The notes beneath the pieces are model-generated. The model did not search any database. It was not told the DNA's origin and was given only the letters and a program-made list of their open reading frames with translations. 64,000 bases of DNA, taken from the IMG/VR virus record IMGVR_UViG_3300014208_000026, positions 160,001-224,000 of that record; one strand, given 5' to 3'. This stretch comes from a virus. Lineage: Duplodnaviria; Caudoviricetes. Both the position numbers and the translations under genes were made by a program. Positions 40,342-47,090 of the stretch are shown piece by piece (the stretch's first letter is position 1; every line of letters begins with the position of its first letter).

Positions 40342-40833
40342 CTATGCGATCTCGTACCAGAACGACTTCTTCGCGCTGGTCGTCCAGGTCTTGTCACCGA
40401 CGCCCGTGTTTGCCTCGAAGCGGTTAGATGCGGCGTTGAAGTTCACCGCCACGAAGTTGACGCCGTCGGCACTGCACCCGGCCGAGTAATTCGTCGCGAG
40501 GTGGCGCCCCGACGACGTTTCCACGCCGATGTTGCCGTTGATGCTGTCCTGGTACAGCCCGCCGAAAGGCGCTGTCTTGCGCGTGTAAAGCGCGTGCGTT
40601 CCGGCGTCGTTCGCCACCGGCACGATCTCGGTCAACGGGGTGGCAAGGCACGCCCCGCCATTGGCCGCCGCGCACAGCGCCGTGCCACCAGAATTGAGTT
40701 TCAGGGCCGCACCGCCAGGGATGGCGATGTCGAATATCGTGTAGGTCGCATGGATCGTCACCAGGATATTGTCTGCCCCGCCGCCGCCTCCAGCCGCGAT
40801 GTCCGCGGCGATCTTGCTTGCCGACTGTCCCAT
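40342..40833 (-). CDS. Cassette paralogue A (163 aa, starts MGQSASKIAADIAA)
   Basis: The true start is the ATG at 40833 with an AGGAGG RBS; the track's 41025 start is an artefactual extension. Shares AIPGG, GRxL and NxxAxxRFEA motifs with paralogues B and C. Confidence 0.7.
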   Translation of the reverse strand: MGQSASKIAADIAAGGGGGADNILVTIHATYTIFDIAIPGGAALKLNSGGTALCAAANGGACLATPLTEIVPVANDAGTHALYTRKTAPFGGLYQDSINGNIGVETSSGRHLATNYSAGCSADGVNFVAVNFNAASNRFEANTGVGDKTWTTSAKKSFWYEIA

Positions 40834-40849
40834 GCTGGCCTCCTTACGC
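40793..40849. repeat. 57-bp direct repeat, copy 1 (upstream stop + RBS + first 14 codons)
   Basis: 54/57 identical to 41289-41345. Confidence 0.9.
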
Positions 40850-41329
40850 CGTGGCGAAGTCTGCGGCGCGCGTGGCCGACGTGCTGAATGTGCGGTTCGC
40901 GCCCAGGGCCGCCTCGAACCGCGACGTGGCCTGCACGTAGTTGAGCGTCGTGTTGTCAGGGTTGGCCGCCGCGCCTGCGTCGTAGGGGATCGCGATTTGC
41001 CTCCCGGTGAAGGTCGAGATCGCAATCGTGACAGGGACGCCTGCTTGCGACAACGCGCCCGTGCTCTTGCTGATGTACACGACGCTGGACAAGGCCGACG
41101 TGTCGACGACCACCAGCAGGTCCGTAGCCCCGGCCGTGGCGAAGGCGTTGCCGCCCTGGCCGTCTACGCCGAAGCACTTCACAATGCCGGCGGCGTAATG
41201 GAGTTTCACCTGGCCGCCGACTGGGATGGCCGCGTCGAACACGGTGAACGTCGCGGGGGACGCCATCAGCGCGTTCGGCGCACTGCGGGCCGCGATGTCC
41301 GCGGCGATCTTGCTTGCAGACTGTCCCAT
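40844..41329 (-). CDS. Cassette paralogue B (161 aa, starts MGQSASKIAADIAA)
   Basis: AGGAGG RBS. First 14 residues identical to paralogue A; the body is diverged. Confidence 0.7.
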   Translation of the reverse strand: MGQSASKIAADIAARSAPNALMASPATFTVFDAAIPVGGQVKLHYAAGIVKCFGVDGQGGNAFATAGATDLLVVVDTSALSSVVYISKSTGALSQAGVPVTIAISTFTGRQIAIPYDAGAAANPDNTTLNYVQATSRFEAALGANRTFSTSATRAADFATA

Positions 41330-41345
41330 GGTGACCTCCTTACGC
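41289..41345. repeat. 57-bp direct repeat, copy 2
   Basis: 54/57 identical to 40793-40849, spaced 496 bp apart. Confidence 0.9.
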
Positions 41346-42662
41346 GAGCGGCAGGACGTACAGCCGCAGTGCCCCCGCGACGGCCGGGAGGCTCTTCAGG
41401 ACGCTCATAGCCTTGGAGGCAGTGAGATCGTAGGGCTGCGTCGCGAAGCCGTCGTTCCACCCGCGCTCACCGACGACAGCCGCAGGAATGGTCTCGGCGC
41501 CGAGCAGGATCGACGCACCACCGCCGCCAGCGGCGTCTTGCACCGTGATGGTCTCGCCGACGTTCGCGACGTTCGGCCAAAATTCGACCGACAGAAGGCG
41601 GCAGGCGTAGGAAGGCCCGGTGAAGTCGACAAATACGGGGATCGCCGAGGCCTGGATGTCGTACTCCCAGCACTCCACCACTGCATGGCGTGGGCTGCCG
41701 GCGGAGGCGATGTACTTCAGGCCGGTGTCGGCCTGCGCCTTGTCCGCGGCGGGCGTGCCGAGAATGCCGTTGACGGCGCCGTTGGCAGCCTGCGTCGGCG
41801 TCACCGACTGGCGCGGCACCTGGAACCATCCGATCGAGCCGTCGTTGGCGAAGTAGTATTCGCCGACGGGACGCCCGGAGATCGCCTCCAGCGCCATGAC
41901 GTGGTCGCCCTGCGCGGGGGTCGTCTCGGCCCACACGTCGGCGGGGGTGTCCGCGGTCAGCGTGTAGATGCGGTTGATCGTGAACCCATTGGCCGAGTTG
42001 TAGGCGATGACCCGCGTACCGACCGGCAGGCCGGGAGCGGGCTCGCCGCCCAGGACGAAGAACTTCACGGGCTGCAGGTAGGAGGCGATGGCGGCCTTCT
42101 CGCTCGTGGTGGGCAACGTGGCGTGCGTGTGGCCGGTCGCCGAATACAGCGTGTCGTAGTAGCCCTTCAGGTCGGCGACACCAACGGCAATCCAGCGGCC
42201 CGCGATGTCAGTCGGGGATACGATCCCAGGCAGTGCTTCGGCCGCCACGCTGGTTGCGTCATAGCGGTATAGATCCGCCATGGCAGCACCGTTGTTTTTG
42301 ACAAGACAGAGCATCCCTTCGCCACGGGCTGCTGCGATTATGGCTTTGAGGCCCGCAATGTCTGCGACGGGTAGGTGGATGCCCATATCTTTTGCTACTG
42401 TAATGTGGTACACACCGCCCGCGTCGGTGGCGTCATAAGTGTTGGGTGGGTCCTCTGAACCCACCGCTTCACCAAGATTGAATCTATAGAGTACGCCGGT
42501 AGACTCGACGGGGACCAGAGTTCCATCTTTGAAATTGGTTGTTGACAGTGCTTTGAGTGCAGCCACATTAGCTACGGCGGCGTGGATCAATCCTTCAAGA
42601 GCGGCTACTTGAAGAGCCAGTGCAGTGAACTGTTCCTTGGGAATGAATTGAAGATTTGCCAT
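41340..42662 (-). CDS. Probable fibre/decoration protein with a duplicated N-terminal VAxxAxLKAx motif
   Basis: 440 aa. Two repeats (VANVAALKAL...LYRF; VADIAGLKAI...LYRYDATS...GRW) of a type seen at the N-termini of phage fibres and spikes. AGGAG RBS. Confidence 0.55.
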   Translation of the reverse strand: MANLQFIPKEQFTALALQVAALEGLIHAAVANVAALKALSTTNFKDGTLVPVESTGVLYRFNLGEAVGSEDPPNTYDATDAGGVYHITVAKDMGIHLPVADIAGLKAIIAAARGEGMLCLVKNNGAAMADLYRYDATSVAAEALPGIVSPTDIAGRWIAVGVADLKGYYDTLYSATGHTHATLPTTSEKAAIASYLQPVKFFVLGGEPAPGLPVGTRVIAYNSANGFTINRIYTLTADTPADVWAETTPAQGDHVMALEAISGRPVGEYYFANDGSIGWFQVPRQSVTPTQAANGAVNGILGTPAADKAQADTGLKYIASAGSPRHAVVECWEYDIQASAIPVFVDFTGPSYACRLLSVEFWPNVANVGETITVQDAAGGGGASILLGAETIPAAVVGERGWNDGFATQPYDLTASKAMSVLKSLPAVAGALRLYVLPLA

Positions 42663-42678
42663 GGTATTCTCCTCTTAA

Positions 42679-43344
42679 CTAGCGAATGTCATAAAGGAAA
42701 ACGGCGTTTGCATCGGTGTCGATGTCAACGTTCGTCCCTGGAACGAACGTTGCTTCTGCACGGTGCGAAGCGGCTGCAACGTAATTGCACGCTACACCGC
42801 CCGCAGCCGCGTAAGCGATGCAGAGGGCTTTGCCATTCAGCATTCTCACGAGAACGTCATTGGTGCCAAAAGCCCCGGTCGTGTTGTGATGAAGTAATTT
42901 AGACCGCAGGGTTCCGGTGTTGTTACAGAAAACCTGTTCGCCCACAACGGCGGAATCAATTACGTAGGCTTTGTCCAGACCGAGGAGTCCGGACCACAGA
43001 TCATCTGCGGCTCCAATGGCACTGATTAGGACAGGACCCGACGCGGAGGGGGTCACATACAGAGCGGCCCCGCCTGGAACTGCGGCATGGGTCACACGGA
43101 GCGTCTCAGCCGTGAAAAAACGGGCGGTGAGCATTCCATGGTCGATCATCCCTTTGATCGTGCCGTTGTTGTATGACTCAGCCACCAGAGAGGTATAGAT
43201 CAGGGTGATTGTCTGTCCCGGGTCAATGTACATCGGACCAGGGCGGTTTTGGGGACGAACGTTCAGACTTCCAATATCGGGGAGAGTCAACTGGGCGTTT
43301 GGGGTACCCGTATGGGTAAGTTGAATTCGGATTCCGGTAGCCAT
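42679..43344 (-). CDS. Cassette paralogue C: ~80-aa N-terminal domain fused to the A/B-type domain
   Basis: 221 aa. C-terminal AVPGGAAL...NGKALCIAYAA...NYVAAASHRAEA...FLYDIR aligns by eye with paralogues A and B. First gene after the tandem promoters. Confidence 0.6.
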   Translation of the reverse strand: MATGIRIQLTHTGTPNAQLTLPDIGSLNVRPQNRPGPMYIDPGQTITLIYTSLVAESYNNGTIKGMIDHGMLTARFFTAETLRVTHAAVPGGAALYVTPSASGPVLISAIGAADDLWSGLLGLDKAYVIDSAVVGEQVFCNNTGTLRSKLLHHNTTGAFGTNDVLVRMLNGKALCIAYAAAGGVACNYVAAASHRAEATFVPGTNVDIDTDANAVFLYDIR

Positions 43345-43370
43345 TCTATTTCTCCTTTGAGGAAGTGTTT

Positions 43371-43449
43371 TCCTACTTAGAGGAACCCTATAGAGAGAAA
43401 ACCGAACCTCTATCTCCTTACCTAAAGGAACCCTATAGAGGGAAAACCG
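43371..43449 (-). promoter_or_regulatory. Two tandem late-promoter-like motifs (45-bp period) facing the antisense operon
   Basis: Minus strand reads CGGTTTTCCCT-CTATAG-N12-TAAGG (43449-43415) and CGGTTTTCTCT-CTATAG-N12-TAGGA (43404-43371). Confidence 0.6.
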
Positions 43450-43456
43450 GAGCCCA

Positions 43457-43490
43457 CGGTATTATGTCTATGGGAAGTCCTCTTGTAGGA
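43457..43490 (+). promoter_or_regulatory. Late-promoter-like motif, divergent copy (CGGTATTATGT-CTATGG-N12-TAGGA)
   Basis: Same spacing, 19 nt upstream of the ATG at 43509. Confidence 0.55.
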
Positions 43491-43508
43491 TCTCCAGAGG
43501 CATTTCAC

Positions 43509-45941
43509 ATGGCTGTGAACATAAAGACCACTATTCTTCGTGGGGTTTCTCCCGTAGGAGATCCTCTTCAGACCGGAAGTCGACCTAAGGCGTCAGAGAC
43601 TTTTGTGGTTCGGCCTGGAGATGTAATTGAAGCAGAGGAGGCTTCCGCTACCGTAGTAAACTGGACTCTGGAAGATGCTCCTATTACTTTGGATGGGACC
43701 CGTTCTTCTGCTGTTCCTTCTCCCGTTTCTGGAGCGTCCACTTCTTTCATTCTCGATTTCGAGGGGGCATACCTCTTGAAGGCAACAAACCCTCTGAACG
43801 TCAATGATAACCAGACCGTTCGTATTCGGGTGGATTCTCTTACAGCAGGGCTATCTTTTGTCGCTTGGGGAGAACAGAACACAGGTTCTTTGCTGGTTCC
43901 TTTCGATATCGGGGCTCACGGATGGTCTGAGACCATAAGTCTCGGTTTCGAAAAGACATTGGCTATTTTGCGAAGATCGAAGGTGACTGGGAGAGTGGTT
44001 CGAGTAGATGCTAATCGTGGGTTCGATTACACGCAGTCTCCTGATGACCCTGCCTTCACGAACACCTACCCCGGGATTCCTGTTTACGAAGCAGGGGTGT
44101 GGACAACTTTGCCTCATTCCGAACTCACCGCCCCGTCTTCGGGGGCGGGGGATTTTGGGTCGGTGCAACAAGCCATCAATTGGATTGCCGCCTCTTCTTA
44201 TGTCCCCTCAGAGGAGTACCCCTGGGTTGTCGAAGTTGCGGACGGGATATATGAAGAGGACGTGGCTTTCCAGCCTTTCATCCATGTTGTATCTGCTCGC
44301 TCCCCGATGCAGAATCCTCTGAATCCAGGCTTGTTGTCCTTCGGAAAATGCGTGACCCTTCGTGGCAATCATCTTTTTGTGGGGACCTCTGCGACAGATG
44401 CAGTGTTCCTGTCTGGGCTTTTCCTGGACAACTACGGTATCGACAACGCTTTTCCAGTTCTGAAAGCCAGTGGGGGCCAAGGAGTTCTGTGCATTCATGA
44501 CACCGTTATCGACCAGAGTTTCGTTTCCGGAGTCAGGGGGGATACCGTTTCTGTTGAAGGGCCTTACACCCTGCTATTCGTAGAGGCAGGGGTCTACAAC
44601 CGGACCACTAATGTTACAAGCGGGCCTTTGAGAGTCGAGGGAGGCGCTAGTCCTGCTTCCGTGGTGAGTCGTCGTTCTTCTTTCATCGGTTTCGGTGGGA
44701 GTATAGACCTCAATCTCGTTTCTAAAGTTGGGGGGGGTATTTTCTATTTCTCGGACAGCAGCATCAGAGCCGGTTTAGGGGGCGCCCTCCCCGCCGTTCA
44801 GATAATAGGGGAACTCCAACTGGTTATTTCTGAGACAGTGAATTCTGGGGGTCCCGTGCTTGTCTTTAACCCCGACGATTCTGGAGGGGGGCTCAGCCAA
44901 ACGTGTTTATTGCGGGGGTCTGAGATAGACGGGGATATCCGGATCAACGACGGGAATACTGGAGGAGTCTGTCAGGCTCTCGTTTCGTCTTCTTCTTTTG
45001 GTGCCCTTACAGGAACGTCGGTTACCCACGGCATTCTTACAGTTATAGGCGGGACAAATGGGCTGTCTGTAGCTTTTGATCCCGCTACTTCCGGGATGGC
45101 CGCAAATACAGTGCAGGCGGCTCTTTTAGAACTACATACCTCCAAGATGGCTTTAGTTCCGACAGCTACTGAAAATAATTTAGCTACATTTAACGCTGCT
45201 GGACAAGTAAAAGACGGGGGTGCTTTACCAACCAATGCCGCGACAGTTACCGTTGTGGATACAGCTAGCACGACTTGCTGGCTGACACTTTTTGAGGCTG
45301 CCACAGGGAATTGTGCGGCTAAGACCGATGCAGCCCTCAAGTACAATGCCGCTACGGGTGAACTTGAGGCTACTAGTTTCAAAGGACCCCTAACGGGCAA
45401 CGCCTCCTCAGCGACTACTGCTTCAGCATGTAGTGGAAATGCAGTGACAGCTACTGCTGCGGGAACTATTTCGGGAGTCGCGGATACTGCTAGTGCCACT
45501 TGTTGGTTGGCACTGTTCGAGGCCGCTACAGGAACTTGTGCAGCTAAGACTGACGGTTCGTTGCTTTACAATGCCTCGACAGCTCTGCTCAGTATTGCCA
45601 AATTGTACTTGTCCTCGATGGTTTCTGCCATGGAGGTCGACGCGGGAGTTTCTGGCGCTAACAAGACTATTGACTGGAACTCCGGTAATAACCAGAAGGT
45701 TACGTTTGACAATTCCTGTATTTTCGCTTTTACGGCTCCCTCTACGGGAGTAGCGCACCTGACACTTCGTATGATTCAACCTGTGGCTGGAGGGAAAACG
45801 GTGACTTGGCCAGCTACGGTCAAGTGGAGTGGTGGAACGCAGCCTACTTGGGACACAACTGCCAGTAGAGAGAACTACGCCTTTTTTTACTGGAATGGGA
45901 GTTTTTATGTGGGATCTGGTGTCACTAATATAACGCCGTAG
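43509..45941 (+). CDS. Fibre/tailspike-like protein: Ig-like N-terminus, beta-helix-like core, duplicated 33-aa repeat, conserved phage fibre C-terminal domain
   Basis: About 810 aa. The start was moved from 43365 because that extension runs through the promoter repeats. Contains GDFGSVQQAI...VADGIYEE (beta-helix cap) and a C-terminal IDWNSGNNQKVT...TVTWPATVKWSGGTQPT. Confidence 0.6.
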   Translation: MAVNIKTTILRGVSPVGDPLQTGSRPKASETFVVRPGDVIEAEEASATVVNWTLEDAPITLDGTRSSAVPSPVSGASTSFILDFEGAYLLKATNPLNVNDNQTVRIRVDSLTAGLSFVAWGEQNTGSLLVPFDIGAHGWSETISLGFEKTLAILRRSKVTGRVVRVDANRGFDYTQSPDDPAFTNTYPGIPVYEAGVWTTLPHSELTAPSSGAGDFGSVQQAINWIAASSYVPSEEYPWVVEVADGIYEEDVAFQPFIHVVSARSPMQNPLNPGLLSFGKCVTLRGNHLFVGTSATDAVFLSGLFLDNYGIDNAFPVLKASGGQGVLCIHDTVIDQSFVSGVRGDTVSVEGPYTLLFVEAGVYNRTTNVTSGPLRVEGGASPASVVSRRSSFIGFGGSIDLNLVSKVGGGIFYFSDSSIRAGLGGALPAVQIIGELQLVISETVNSGGPVLVFNPDDSGGGLSQTCLLRGSEIDGDIRINDGNTGGVCQALVSSSSFGALTGTSVTHGILTVIGGTNGLSVAFDPATSGMAANTVQAALLELHTSKMALVPTATENNLATFNAAGQVKDGGALPTNAATVTVVDTASTTCWLTLFEAATGNCAAKTDAALKYNAATGELEATSFKGPLTGNASSATTASACSGNAVTATAAGTISGVADTASATCWLALFEAATGTCAAKTDGSLLYNASTALLSIAKLYLSSMVSAMEVDAGVSGANKTIDWNSGNNQKVTFDNSCIFAFTAPSTGVAHLTLRMIQPVAGGKTVTWPATVKWSGGTQPTWDTTASRENYAFFYWNGSFYVGSGVTNITP

Positions 45942-45952
45942 GAGTATTCTGA

Positions 45953-47062
45953 ATGGCTACTAGACTTGTTCCAGCAACGTATGCATCGCCTCAGATAGCA
46001 CTTGCTGCATGTGCTGCCTGGGACACGATTCTCGTTACGTCTGGATCATATACGCTTCAGAACTTGTCTAGAAGTATATACGTAATATGGGAGTGGACGA
46101 ACGATGTCTCGATAGGCTTGACCGCTGTAGGGTTACAAGGTGCATACGCGCAGAACTGGCGGCCGGCGGCTGGCAGTGCGAGCAAGCGCATGTCCTTGGC
46201 TAGTGGTGCATCTATTCACAGGCAGAGCGCCCCGTCTTCGAGTAACGAGAGTACGTGGACCAATGTGGATTTCACTATTTCTGCTGACCAGCCGGCACTC
46301 TGGTGTACCGGGCCTTGGGCAAGCACGATAAATGTCAATAACTGCACGTTTACGCAAACGGTAGCCGGGGTTGCGTATGCCACAAGGATCGGTATAGAGC
46401 TTTTTGGTAGTGGGACGTATGTAAATGCTAATAACTGCACGTTTACCAAATGTGGTTCCGGGGTTCATGTCGAAAATACATGGTCATGGGCAAAGACATA
46501 CCGGTGTAAGTTTATAGGGTGTTACTGCACGCACTCGGCGATAGCCGCCGCGGATCAGTATTCATCGCTATGGAGCACACTCGACGTTGCGTATTCTGGC
46601 AGCGGCGGCACCGCTCAGTATGGAATGTACTATAATGGCGGCGATTCTGCGCGTCCGACGTACATTGCTAAAAGGTGTACGTGGGATGTAACAGCGGGCG
46701 CTTTTTACAACATTGGCGGAGTCAGATCTACAGTGCAGGGGTGCTGGGCCGACGCAATGACGCGCACGGGAGCGGGTGGCACCTGGGACCACAATGGGAG
46801 CCGAGTATACACCGGAACACCCGGAACGGGGGACGTTACAACGCTAGCAGACCCAGGATTCATGAATAAAGCGGGTAACGTCTACACCCTGGCATTGTCT
46901 ACCTGTGTTCTTGTTGGAGCGGGCGTAGATATCTCGGAAGTAACCGACCACGCAGGTTTAGCAATACCGAATTCTCACGGAACCTATAGTATTGGCGCAT
47001 ACGAGTTCTGGGGATCATGGGGTGGCGGGGACACAGGCGTAGTCGTAGGCATAACCTTCTGA
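45953..47062 (+). CDS. Right-handed parallel beta-helix (pectin-lyase-like) protein
   Basis: 369 aa. Starts VPATYASPQIALAACAAWDTILVTSGSY, has repeated NNCTF turns, and ends DPGF...Y.L...LVGAG...SIGAYEF. AT-richer DNA. Confidence 0.65.
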   Translation: MATRLVPATYASPQIALAACAAWDTILVTSGSYTLQNLSRSIYVIWEWTNDVSIGLTAVGLQGAYAQNWRPAAGSASKRMSLASGASIHRQSAPSSSNESTWTNVDFTISADQPALWCTGPWASTINVNNCTFTQTVAGVAYATRIGIELFGSGTYVNANNCTFTKCGSGVHVENTWSWAKTYRCKFIGCYCTHSAIAAADQYSSLWSTLDVAYSGSGGTAQYGMYYNGGDSARPTYIAKRCTWDVTAGAFYNIGGVRSTVQGCWADAMTRTGAGGTWDHNGSRVYTGTPGTGDVTTLADPGFMNKAGNVYTLALSTCVLVGAGVDISEVTDHAGLAIPNSHGTYSIGAYEFWGSWGGGDTGVVVGITF

Positions 47063-47090
47063 GGCAGTTTGATTGTGAGGGAAAAATAAA

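Noticed and set aside
40793-41345. Integron attC sites or invertase sites
   Set aside because: The repeats are direct, cover coding start and RBS, and lack attC R-box palindromes. No recombinase is nearby.
40769-42272. Plus-strand ORFs of 213 and 348 aa in the GC-rich block
   Set aside because: High GC suppresses stop codons. The minus-strand frames have AGGAGG RBSs, paralogy and protein-like composition.
43371-43449. Mini-CRISPR array
   Set aside because: Only two units with about a 10-nt spacer, and they match the promoter-like motif found singly elsewhere.
43365-43508. N-terminal extension of the fibre ORF (MFSYLEEPYREKTEP repeat)
   Set aside because: The repeated peptide is just the translation of the antisense promoter repeats. 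A same-strand promoter motif sits just before the ATG at 43509.
45258-45581. DGR template/variable repeat pair
   Set aside because: Mismatches are not adenine-specific, both copies are in one ORF, and no reverse transcriptase is in the window.
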